Below the pieces are notes generated by a model. The model was given only the letters and a program-made list of their open reading frames with translations. It did no database searches and was not told the DNA's origin. From Basidiobolus meristosporus CBS 931.73 (taxonomy: Eukaryota; Fungi; Basidiobolomycota), in NCBI GenBank assembly GCA_002104905.1, contig MCFE01000495.1, positions 1-64,000 of the forward strand: a stretch of 64,000 nt of DNA, written 5' to 3'. Shown here piece by piece: positions 13,101-24,840 of this stretch. Position numbers and translations under genes: made by a program. Each line of letters begins with the position of its first letter. Positions within the stretch are counted from its first letter, which is position 1.

Positions 13101-13290
13101 ATTTATTTCTTCACTGAGGCCAGTACTTTGAGATTTGCCTATGCTGGCGGCAATTGAAACAAAGCCCTTGTGGTGTGGCTCCCATTCTCCTAACTGAGCT
13201 ATGTGGAGTTTTGTTATTTGATCCTGACTTAAAATATAACATGGAGATAAATAGTAAAATAGCACTGATACTAACTGGCTAATCAACTGC
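10191..13290 (-). mobile_element. Second degenerate Ty3/gypsy pol (protease, RT, RNase H, integrase N-terminus)
   Basis: Protease IMIDSGTSH near 12900-12925; RT RPSKSSWGPPMLLLKTKDRTLRMCINYR...KYPIPLIDELLD (12112-12312); YxDD degraded to YIVY near 11890; HNGFEYLGI...WWPRM. Confidence 0.85.
11359..11727 (+). mobile_element. Solo LTR (family A, 369 bp) with 5-bp TSD ACTAC inserted in Ty3 RT
   Basis: ACTAC at 11354-11358 and 11728-11732; termini TG...CA. Removing the insert restores alignment to the homologous RT near 8700-8740. Confidence 0.9.
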
Positions 13291-13771
13291 ATTACAAAAA
13301 ATAGTTTATAATAAGACAGCAGGTATCTAGAGAGCTCCTATAGTTACACTTGCCTGACTAAGCCACCAATGGCAAGAAATAGCCCTATGGAAAATTTCAA
13401 ACTTGGAATTCTTCTGATTTTCTGCTGGTTTTCTGCTGGTATTCTAATGGTATTTTGCTGGTATTTAGCTGGTGTTTTTAGTTCAAAATTTCAGAGGAAA
13501 TTTTTGATTGAAGTAATGGGCACCTAATCACTAGATTTGGTATGGATAGTAGTTGACCTAGTCTCCTCCTGGCGTGTTTGTTTGCTTACCTGCTCATAAG
13601 CTAACAATAGCAATATTGAGAGTTGTCAATATTGAAAACTTAGAACTCAGCTGATATTATGATGGTATTTTGCTGGCCTTTTCTTAATTTTTTTTCTTAG
13701 GGTAGATTATGATCTAAATGGCAGCTAAGTTAAATTGTCATTTAGAACAATGGTAAACAAGCCACAAGAAT

Positions 13772-13854
13772 GGAGAAATGGCCAAGTTGGTCTAGGACAT
13801 CACTTCAAGGTCATGTTCTCTTTGAAGGTGTGGGTTTGAATCCTACTCTCTTCA
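13772..13854 (+). pseudogene. tRNA-Leu pseudogene (long variable arm; anticodon probably AAG), CpG-eroded
   Basis: GGAGAAATGGCCAAGTTGGTCTAGG...TCTCTTTGAAGGTGTGGGTTTGAATCCTACTCTCTTCA retains A-box, B-box and type II variable-arm layout. Expected CG positions read TG or CA. A T-run follows. Confidence 0.75.
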
Positions 13855-14047
13855 TTGCTTTTGGAGTAATTTTGCTTGCTTTTACTCAAGAGTCACATAA
13901 GAGCCAAAGCTAAATTTGATAAATGGCATAGGCAACAGCCACTTAATGTTTTGAACATTTGGATGCTTAGCACAGCCCTTTGAAGTAAACAATAAAAAAG
14001 TTCACTTGTACAAGTATAAAAGTATAAAAGGATCAACATGTAAGACA

Positions 14048-14120
14048 TGCCTTCTGCTGGAATCAAACCAGCAACCTTCTGCTTACTAGGCAGATGCTCT
14101 GACAACTCAGTCAAGGAGGC
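14048..14120 (-). pseudogene. tRNA-Thr(AGT) pseudogene, CpG-eroded
   Basis: 73 nt. Anticodon arm TCTGC-CTAGTAA-GCAGA is intact; T-loop reads TTTGATT instead of TTCGATT; D-stem is damaged. Confidence 0.8.
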
Positions 14121-14489
14121 ATAATACAACAACCCTTTCATATATATATTATCTAAAATTGCCCTTCAGCAACAATGATTAGGTAATGGAGAGCATCATT
14201 GTAGCTGGAAAGCAAGCTCTTTTAGGCCAAAGACAGCAGTGCAAAGGAAGAACAGGCACATGCACACATAACAGAAGAAAATAAGTATTATGTAATGGAG
14301 CAGTTTGGAAGAAAACATCAACATTTAGTATACTCACATGGTCCCCCACCATTGTACTGACTAGGCCATTACCAATCCACCTTCAGAGATTGGACAGGAT
14401 CCAGTATTTTCTGGTATGCATGGTCAATGCTCAAGAGTAATGTATCTCAATTAGTATTTATCTTCAATTATGTTAGGCTGTTGCCACTG

Positions 14490-15924
14490 CAAACAAGTGA
14501 ATCATGTGGTTTTTACACAATGGTTTATTTGAATGTAAAAACAATACTTGTACTTTTACATGGTCTTGGCATGACAAATACATAAAATATGTTAAGGAAG
14601 GTCCCAACAATATATTTGCAAAGTTTGGGGCTGTTTGGGCATCTTTATTAATATTAATATTCTGCATACATAACATTTTAGTAAAGATATTCTAGATGTA
14701 TCCCAACAAAGAATTTAGTCAGTATTCTATAGAATTTGTAGGTAATGATCTAAGTGATTATGTTTGGTGAATTTATAGGTGAAACTATCAATCTTTACAA
14801 TATACTCACTTAACTAAATGTTCATACTGTTTAGTCCTAATACTGACCTAAGATAATCAAGTTTGTCTTTAGCTACCAGATTGGTGAATATGGCTTCAAT
14901 CATTTCATCTGTAGGCCAGTAAGCTAAACCAACAGCATCACTTTCTATAGCATCATGAATAAGATTATGCCTAATATCTATGTGCTTTGTTTGGGCATGA
15001 AAAGTTGGATTTCAACCCAATTATATACATTACTGATTAGCCTGATACAAAGTAATTGGCATTTTTTGATACAAAACTAAATCTTTAAAATGCTCTCTTA
15101 ACAACATTGCTTCTTTAGTAGATTCACAGGCTACCAAATATTTTATCTTTGTGGTAGAAAGTGCCACAGTTGGCTGCTTTCTTGAATTTTATGAAAGTGT
15201 ACCTTACAGCAAAGTAAGGTGTATCCTGTGATGGATCTACTATCTTATAAGCTTTGTCCCTAAGCAGCATCAGATTATCCCACAAGATCTTGTTCTGGAT
15301 CCTCATAGGTGTACCTTAAGCATTTATCAGCAATTCCTTTCAGGTATTTAAGAATCTGCTTAACTGCTGCAATATGATCAGATCCATAGATATAATTGTG
15401 CTGACTGACAACTCCCACTGAATATGAGATATCTGGACAAGTTCCAAGCTTGATGTATATCAAGCTGCCAATCTTAGATCAATAAGGAAAGTCAGGGCTT
15501 TCAGATGGCACCAAGCTATCTAGATTTGGTTGAGTTTTGACCAAGTTAAGGTTATATCCATTGAGATAGCTGCCGGTTTACAGTCTTCCATTTGGTACTT
15601 CTTTAGTACATCTTAAATATACTTGGATTGTCTTAGTGTAATAGTGTGGGTACCTCTCTCTATGGAGAACTTAATCCCTAAGTAGTAACTGAGTTCCCCT
15701 AGATGGGACATCTGGAACTCTTTAGATATGCTGTATTTAGTCTCTTCCAATGTTGCTGGGTTATTGGTGGCTACAATAAGGTTATCCACATATAGAGCTA
15801 ATAGAACTGGACTTGCTCTATCTGGCTTATAGTATAAACTATAGTCAGCATTACTCCTTTTGAAGCTCAAAGATTCCAAATAAGATTCTATCTTGCAATT
15901 CCTGGCTCTTGGTAATTGTTTGAG
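14490..15924 (-). mobile_element. Truncated Ty1/copia 3' end (RT C-terminus, RNase H, partial 3' LTR)
   Basis: ORFs 15613-16005 and 15275-15463 carry copia RT motifs (LALYVDNLIV, CPDISYSVG). LTR remnant about 14490-14802. Confidence 0.85.
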
Positions 15925-15956
15925 CTGTTTGCCCCTGATCAACACCCTGTTGGATC

Positions 15957-18900
15957 TGTTGTAAAAACTTGAAATTCCACCTAAATATTCACCTAACTTA
16001 GTCACTTAGATCATTACCTACAGATCCTAGAGAATACTGACCAAATTCCTTGTTGGGATTTGCTTAGAATATCTTCACCAAAACATGAGGTACCCAGAAC
16101 ATGAAAACTCTCAAAGTGGTCCAAACAGCCCCAAACCTTGCCCACATATTCTTGGAACCATCCTCAACATATTCTGGGTGTTTGCTTTGCCAAGACCATG
16201 TAAAAGTACCAATACTACTTCAACACTCATTGAATCATCAAGTAAAAACCGCATAAACTACTTGTTCTCCCAATCACTTCCAATATCTCCAAGACTCTTA
16301 CAACAGGTTGTGAGCCCCAAGCTGTCACTCTCTGCAATGTCTACTACCGCTATTACTGGAATTTTGCCTTCTGCTGAAAAGTTGCATGGTTCCAACTACC
16401 AAGTGTGGAAGGTGAGGATAAAGATGCTGCTACAAGAAAGAGGCCTTTGGGATATTGTCATGAGAGAAGAATGTCCTCCTAAAAATGTGGGAGAGGAAGT
16501 CTTAAAGTACCAGAAGAAACAACAAAGTGCCTTTAACTGCATTTGCCTTAATGCTAAGGACAAATTGCTAATTCAATGCTCAAGAGCAAAACAACAAAGA
16601 ATGCCTGGAAGGCATTAGAAGACACCTACCACTCATGCTCATCTGCTGAGAAAATGTATCTGCAACAAAAATTCTTTACTACAAAGATGCGGCCAGGAAA
16701 AGAAATGAAAAATCTAATTAACAGAATTTCCCTGCTGGTAGATGATACGGAATCTGTGGGCATACCAACTACTGATGAGGATGTGATAGTTATCATTGTG
16801 AATAGCCTGACAGACAAGTTTCAAGGCCTTGTATTAGCCTTAGAGTCCAGGACTGAAGATTTGACCTTAAATTACATATTTGGAAGGCTCCAGGATGAAG
16901 AATTAAGTAAACCAAGGGCCAATAAGAAGGTAGAAGAGAATGCATTAATAAGCAATTATAACCAACAATGGAGGTACCCAAGACCCTACAAAGGCAACAG
17001 CAACTTGTTTTGCAACTACTGCAAAAGGAAAGGACACACATCAGACTGGTGTCTCAAAAAGAGAGATTATCAGCAAAAGAACACTGAATAGGGAAATGCT
17101 GCAACAACTGAAGATACACTTTTCATATCTGCACTAAATATCATCACAAACAAGGATTCTCAGACATGGTATATTGACTCTGGAGCATCTCAACACTTTA
17201 CACACCAAAAAGAACTTTTTACCCAATATCAAGAAATCCAATAAAGAAGGTTTTCCTGGGTGACAATAGAACACTTGATGTAGTGGGAGAAGGAACTATC
17301 CAAGTAAGCCTAAGAAGCAGTGAAGGAAGTCATACACTGACTTTCAAAGAAGTACTCTATGTACCAGAAATAGCCAAGAACCTACAATCTGTAAGCAAGG
17401 CTACTGAAGATGGACTCAATTTCAACTTTGACAATTCTGGATGCCAGATCACTGATCAAAATGGTGCCCATATTGCTTTGCATATCAGAGAGCAGAGTCT
17501 ATACAAGTTGGCTTAAATTCCATCATATCTGGAAGCCAATATAAGTAACTTAAATGAAGATACACCAATGCTTTGGTACAGGAGATTTGGGCACATTAAT
17601 TTTGATTATTGGTGCAAAATGATCAAAGATCAGCTGATTTCCAGGGTAAAAATTAATATCCCAGATAGTTTGGAGCACCGTGAAGCCTGCATATATGGGA
17701 AACAGGCCAGACAACCACTCAACAGCTCTGGTTTAATTAAAACTAAGAGAAATCAGATCTGATTCACTCAGATCTGTGTGGACCTATACAAAATTTATCC
17801 TTAGGTGGGATGAAGTATTTAATCACTTTTATTGATGATTATACAAGATAAACATGGTTCTACTTCATGGAGAGAAAGGAAGAAGCTCTGTCTAAGTTCA
17901 GGGAGTTTACAGCCATGGTGGAGAGAGAAACTGGTGAAAAAATCAAGAAAATATGCTCTGACAATGGTGGAGAATATACCTCAAAACTCTTCATCCACTT
18001 CTGCAAAATTCATGGGAATAAGAAAGAGACTACTGTACCATACTCCCTACAGCAAAATGGAGTAGCAGAGCATGCTAACAGACTAATAACTGATACTGCA
18101 AGATCTACAATCCATGATCAAAAATTATCGTATATTTTTGGGAGGAAATAGTTGCTACAGCTGTATACCTTAAAAATAGGAATTATAACAGAATACTTTG
18201 TAATTCTACTCCATTTGAAACATGGTATGGGTACAGACCAAGTGCAGAACATCTAAGAATATTTGGGTGTACAGCATATGCCAAGAAACTGCCCAGAAAG
18301 CAGTCAAGATGTGAGCCAAAAAGTGTAAAATGCATATTTTTGGGCTACTACAATGAGAGTAAAGCATACAGACTCTACAATACCAAAGCAAAGAAGCTAA
18401 TCAAGTCCAGGGATGTGTTGTTTGATGAAAATATCAAGATTTTCACAAAAAATGACATTGGATGATGATGAAAATCCAATCTCAAATCCACCAATTGTCA
18501 TGATTGAATCAGAGCAAAAAAAATGAGAATTTTCTCACTCCAGAGGACTTTACAACTCTGGTTCAGCCAGAATCAGTGCCCAGGAATATCCTAGATGTGA
18601 TCATTCTAGTATCAAATGCCCAGAGATCCAATTGGACAAGAAGTAGCGCAAATACTATATCAATGTGGGTACAAACTTAGCCTATGCCTACTCAGTCCAT
18701 ATTGATGAGCCCCGGACTTTAAAAGAGGCTCTAAATAGCCCTCAGACAAAGTTTTGGAGATCTGCAATGACCAATGAATACTAGGCCCTGATGGAAAATC
18801 AAACTTGGGACTTAGTCAAATTACGAATCAACCAAAAATCAATCGGGTGCAGATGAGTTTTCAAGACAAAATAAAAGGCTGATGGTACAGTTGAAAGATC

Positions 18901-20850
18901 CAAAGCAAGACTTGTAGCCAAAGGATACCCTCAAACAAAAGGACTTGACTATACTGAGACCTTTGCATCAGTAGCCAAGTTGATTCCATCAGATCAATAT
19001 TGGCTATTGCAGCCAAAAATAAGTTTTTTATTAATCAAATGGATGTAAAAGCTGCATTTTTGAATGGAGAACTTGATGAGGATGTGTATATAGACCAGCC
19101 TGATGGGTTTGTTGACCAAGATAACCCCCTTTTGGTCTGCAAGCTTAAAAAGTCACTATATGGTCTCAAACAATCACTGAGAGCCTGGAATTGCAAGATA
19201 GATTCTTATTTGGAATCTTCAAGTTCCAAAAGGAGTAATGCTGACTATAGTATATACTCTAAGCCAGATAGAGCAAATCCAGCTCAATTAGCTCTATATG
19301 TGGATAACCTTTTTATAGCTGCCAATAACCCAGCAACATTGGAAGAGACTAAATACAGCCTATCTAAAGAGTTCCAGATGTCTCATCAAGGGGGGCTCAG
19401 TTACTACTTAGGGATTAAGTTCTCCATAGACAGAGGTACCCAGACTATTGCCCTAAGCCAATCCAAGTATATTTAAGATATACTAAAGAAGTACCAAATG
19501 GAAGACTGTCAACCAGCAGCTACCTTAATGGAGATAACCTTAACTTGGTCAAAACTCAACCAAATCAAGAGAGCTTGGTGCCATCTGAAAGCCCTGACTT
19601 TCCTTATTGATCTATGATGGCCAGTCTGATATACATCATGCTTGGAACATGTACAGATATCTCATATTCAGTGGTAGTTGTCAGCCAACACAATCAGAAC
19701 TATGGATCTGATCATATTGCAGCAGTTAAGCAGATTTTTAGATACCCAAAAGGAACTGCTAGTATCTGCTTAAGATATACTTATAAGGAGTCAAGACAGG
19801 ATCTTGTGGTATACTTTGATGCTGATTGGGAACAAAATTTAGAAGACTGAATATCCACCACAGGATACACCTTTCTTTACTGTCAAGGAGCAATTTCATG
19901 GAGCTCAAGAAAGCAACCAACCATAGCACTTTCAACCACAGAGGCAGAGTACATGGCAGCCTGTGAAGCTGCAAAAGAAGCAATATGGTTAAGAAAGCTT
20001 TTTACAGACTTAGGCCTACCTCAAAAAATGCCTATTACTTTATTCCAAGATAATCAAGGATGTATACATCCATGTAGAAATTCAACTTTTCATGCTAGAA
20101 CCAAGCACATAGATATTAGACATCATTTCATATGTGAAGCTATAGAGAATAGCTTAGTTAGCTTAGTTTACTGTCCTACAGATGAAATGATTGCAGACAT
20201 ATTTACCAAACCATTAGCTACTGACAAGTTTAAATATCTTAGGCCAAAATATAGGACTAGTCAGTATGAACATTGAGCTGAGTGGGAGTGTTGTAAAAAT
20301 TTGGAATTCCACCTATAGATTCACCTAACTTAGTCACTTAGATCATTACCTTCAAATCCTAGAGAATACTGACCAAATTCCTTGTCAGGATTTTCTTAGA
20401 ATATTTTCACCAAAATACCAGTCACCCAGAACATGAAAATTCTCAAAGTTGTCCAAACAGCCCCAAACTTTGCACACATGTTCTTGGGACCTTCCTTAAC
20501 CTACTCTATGTGTTTGTTATGCAAGACCATGTAAAAGTATAGGTACAACTTTTACATTCAATAAATCATTAGACTTGTTCCATCATTCCAGCTGATCATA
20601 GTGCCCAATAGTGCCATAGCATCCCAGATGGTGCCTGATCATGCCACAGAGTGCCAGATGGTGCCATACAGTGCTAATTTTGGATCAAAATTGACATGCA
20701 TATGACCCTAAAATATCAAATTAATAACAAAATATACAGCACTCTCTGGCACTATGATCAATGGCACAATGGAACAAGTCTATTAAGTGAAAACCACATA
20801 ATCTACTTGTTCTCCCAGTCACTTCCAAAATCTCCAAGAGTCCTACAGCA
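15957..20850 (+). mobile_element. Full-length but degenerate Ty1/copia element (LTRs 15957-16305 and 20289-20850)
   Basis: LTR TGTTGTAA...TTACAACA; PBS 16306-16317; gag with CNYCKRKGHTSDWC; protease WYIDSGAS; GAG-pre-integrase, integrase, RT ([11 protein letters not shown]) and RNase H in copia order; PPT GAGTGGGAG. Frameshifts and stops throughout. Confidence 0.95.
20571..20781. mobile_element. MITE, 211 bp, with TIR AGACTTGTTCC and 3-bp TSD ATT, inserted in a copia LTR
   Basis: Starts AGACTTGTTCCCAT and ends ATGGAACAAGTCT. ATT at 20568-20570 and 20782-20784. The empty site TCATTAAGTG is seen in other LTR copies. Internal GTGCCA repeats. Confidence 0.85.
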
Positions 20851-21245
20851 ATCTGATCCGTGTCAATGCAATCCAAGATGCATCATTCAAGATATATGGA
20901 AAACTCAACAATCACATTGGCTTTCATATATATCTCATATAAGACTAGGTTGATGCCAATATACTACTGTATAAGTATCCAGATCTGTCACTATGGTCCC
21001 TATACCATGTCTCAACTCATCTTTAGTACAACCCAGACAAAACCTATCCCCCAGCTCACAAGCATGGTCTGGATCACAAAAGTCAATGTCAAATTCATTT
21101 GAGTTCTTGCCAAGTAATTTTATTATGGCTCAAATGACTATGATGAGCCTTCACACAGATGTGTAAGGACTACTCATTAATCTGGCGGAATTGGGTAACT
21201 GAGAGAGTTGACAGCAATGGAAGAATCTAAGTAGAAAGCTGTGAC

Positions 21246-22139
21246 ATGAGTTATACATTGCAATGCCAGCAGATATATAGCAAGATATATAGCAAGTCAA
21301 GTATTGAAATTGAGTATGAGCTCAGAGTGAGGGGATGGGATGAGGAAGCTGCAGGCAAGCAATTCTGTGCGCTATTTGCACAGTATGGGCTGGACACATC
21401 TGTTTGTGCCTCAACTTTGGGAACCAAAGAGATTTTGAATGAGCTTTTGCCTTAAATGACTAATGTACCATGTGATATTTTAGTAGAGCTAAGTGGCTTC
21501 CTAGAACAACACACACAGCACTTATCAAGGTCACAGTTCCTTGGTATCTGACTGAGAGTAAGTGAGTACCTTAAGGAATCAGAAGGTGTACTTCAAGAGG
21601 AAGAATTCAGAACACACACAACAGCATTTAGATTGCACCAGCATTCCTTGCTGGATTTCTTACTATCCCCTGCAATGTTGGCATGCTGGCACATATCAGT
21701 CCAATCTACACCAACACCCCTTGCAACAGTGCCCCACATTGAGTCAACATGCATGCCTCAGAGCAAAACTACCAGAGCTCACCAAACTGCTCATTTAGAC
21801 ATAAGTCCATTGGAGTGGGCCAAGTTGCATCAGTATGTAACATCACATCAAACTCAGCCTAGGGTTATGCCAATGCATCAAATTGTGCTTGCACAAGCTG
21901 GCACACCTGAACAGCAGCAAGTTACTTCTGGTGAACTGACAGACAATGACCATCATGAAGTGCCTCCACCACCAGAGCCTTTGGCAAGTAAAAGAATACA
22001 TCAGCACATGGCACTTCAGGCTTATTCTTACATATTGTCTGGAGTAGTTCAGCGCAGCCAGGCTCCAGCATTGCGCTCATCAGCTAGGTGGCAAAATACT
22101 GATTACAAGTACATAAGTAGTCAAGATGATAGTCAATAA
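21246..22139 (+). mobile_element. Decayed ORF, possibly gag-like, of an unidentified element
   Basis: Largely open frame with few stops (RGWDEEAAGKQFCALF...). CpG-depleted. No diagnostic domain recognised. Confidence 0.3.
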
Positions 22140-23471
22140 GGAAGTAGTTCAGGTGTGCAAAGTGACTCACTACCAAAGACTACTAGAGTAATCCCTGAGA
22201 GAAAAAAACCTAGAAAAAGATGATGCAATTGCATTGAATTGTTACCATTTGTCATGCTCTAAATAGCACTTTTTTTTCAATCTAATGTGTCATGATCACA
22301 TGACAACCATGAGCACCCATACCAAGTCTCAGCTTCCTAGCTCAATTTCTAAGAGATTCCTTCTGGAACCTTCTACCACCTTCCAGGAAGTTCCTGACCA
22401 TTCCAAACCATTGTTACACAATGGAACATTCCATGGAAGCTTCCCATTGCATTTTTCATAGTCCAGTACCATATATGAAAATACCAGGTCACATGACTTA
22501 GACACATGATCAGGTGACCCAATCCATTTCCCCATCCTGTCTCAGTGCCATGTCATCTATGTCATTATCCCCAGCTCCATTACTGTGCCTCACCCCACAA
22601 CCCAATCAGTATTAGCCAATATCTCTTGGCATCAGTATAGCCAAAAAGTATATATAGTCCTATCCTCCCTAAAATATTCCTCAGTCTGATAAACACAGGT
22701 CTTGAATAAACTGCCTTGCCTTGAATCCTGCCTTGCCTTGATGGTCCACACCTAAGTCCTTTCCTGCCATGCATAGCTTTTCCTCCTGCCTTGTGTCTAT
22801 TCATAACAATATGCACCATTGCAAATCAGTGATCACAAAATTTTTACTTTAAGTAATATCAAGGTTGTCTCCTATTTGAGACAGAGCCCCTATAAAAAAC
22901 ACCCTGCATATGTATACATCATCTGTAACACCAGTGCAGCTATTTATCTGATTTACACCAACACAATTGGGCACATGCTTGCTATGACACCTTGCCCAAT
23001 CACTAAGATCAGGGATTTACTTGCTCCAAGGGCCAAATGGCATATTTGAAGGCAAATCAGGTAGCATGTGTATTGGTCAATGAGCCAATTGGGAGCCAAC
23101 AGCTTCAGGATACTTTTAGATCAATTAGCCACTGACATACCATCCAATAGGAGTGATGGTAGCCAAAATGGTAAGTATCAGTATAGTTTCAAGTGTGATC
23201 ACATTTATTTCCATTTACATTAAAGAAGCATATCCAAGTACCAGATTTCACCTACTACAATAATGATATCCAGTTGCGCACATACTACAAACATTACAAG
23301 CTGGCACAATTGGCAATTTCAGATTGTGCCATAGTGTGCAAGATTGTCCTGCATAGTGCAAAATCATCCAAGAGCAATCCTGCATTCTAGTAGCTACAAT
23401 ACCACTCCCAATCATTCTTAGTGACTGCACATCACACCAGGCACCCTGGCATGGTACAGTAGAACAAGTCC

Positions 23472-23990
23472 TTTATCTTGTGTATATTTGGATTGGCTTA
23501 GGGTGAAAGCTTGTGTGCTTTTGTCTATGAAGAACTCTATCCCTAAATGGTAACTGAGCACTCCTATACGCTATCTTCAGCTCATTAAATAGGCTGGATT
23601 TAGTCTCTTCAATTATTAAAGATTACTAATAGCTCAATTAGGATCATCCAAATATAGCACCAATAGAGCTTAATTTGCTCTATCTGGCCTATAGTGTATT
23701 TTATAGTCAGCAATACTCCTTCTGAACCTCAAAGATTCCAAACAAGAATTTATCTTGCTATTCCAGGTTCTTGGTGATTGTTTGAGTCCATATGTAGATT
23801 TTTTAAGCTTGCAGACCAAGCAGGAGTTATCTTGGCCAATAAACCTACCAGTCTGTTATAATTACATTCTCTCATTGGGTTGTTGATTCAAGTGTGCAAC
23901 TTTAACATCCATTTGATTTATAAATAGCTTATATTTAGCTGCAATAGCCAATATTAATATAATAGAACTAAACTTGGCTACCAGTGTAGT
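23472..23990 (-). mobile_element. Old, diverged copia RT fragment
   Basis: ORF 23862-24047 contains [28 protein letters not shown]. Confidence 0.7.
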
Positions 23991-24160
23991 GGGGCCACAG
24001 TGACACCCAATGACAGATGTTCCTATTCCTATATATTTTACTTCCATATTTTGCTACAACTATATTTGTCTGATCCAATCAGTACAATTCTGTAAGCTGG
24101 CTAACTGTGATACCTGCCTGTATTACATATTTATCCCTCACCTTATATAAGATTACTAGA

Positions 24161-24840
24161 TGTAAGCGCTACTACATTAGGCAAGCACCCACACTAGAAC
24201 CCATGATGTAAGTTCAAACCATGTTGCCATCCCTACCACTTTCATTCCATATATGGTATCCCTATGTTCAACAACCTTCAGAATACTGATCCCTGATTGG
24301 TTGGATGTGCTGTGCCTCTTAGAACCTTCTGGCATCTACTTGGAATATTCTTAGCTCATTCTGATGTCCTTAAGATCTCTGTTTATCTCCAGAACCCTCT
24401 GAAACACCATGATTAGTAATCACTTGGTTAGTGAGAAATGTATATATGGGAGTCAATCCCTCAACATTATAACATCATCCCTTCTTTCAACATACCAACC
24501 TGTTGATTAGTGTGACCATAGCTACCTGCCACTACCTGAACCTCCAATCCTAGACCATTGGACACCCCCAGGAAACCACACTGAGAGCCAACTGACCTTG
24601 GAGGTATTGCTTGTGAGGAATACTCAGAGTAGGTATCTTTTGTTATATTGAGTTCTTTCCCAAGCTTAATCTTGTACAGGCAGAGATACTTTTCTGTCTT
24701 TGTAATTATTGATAATTGCTGCATTCTTATCAAATTCCAGCTGATGAAGTTTACAGTTGTTGGACTTTGGAAGTTTTAGTGCATTGTTATCTCAAAGGAT
24801 GCTGAATCCAGCACATACTTTTGCTAAGATGCCAACCAAG
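24161..24840 (-). mobile_element. Probable third LTR family (24161-24474) with adjacent 3' internal remnant
   Basis: TGTAAG...ATAACA termini; purine tract GAAAGAAGGGATGA on the minus strand next to the LTR. Single copy in this window. Confidence 0.4.

Noticed and set aside
15952-20855. TSD for the copia at 15957-20850
   Set aside because: Flanks GGATC and ATCTG do not match. The element may be recombinant or the flank mutated.
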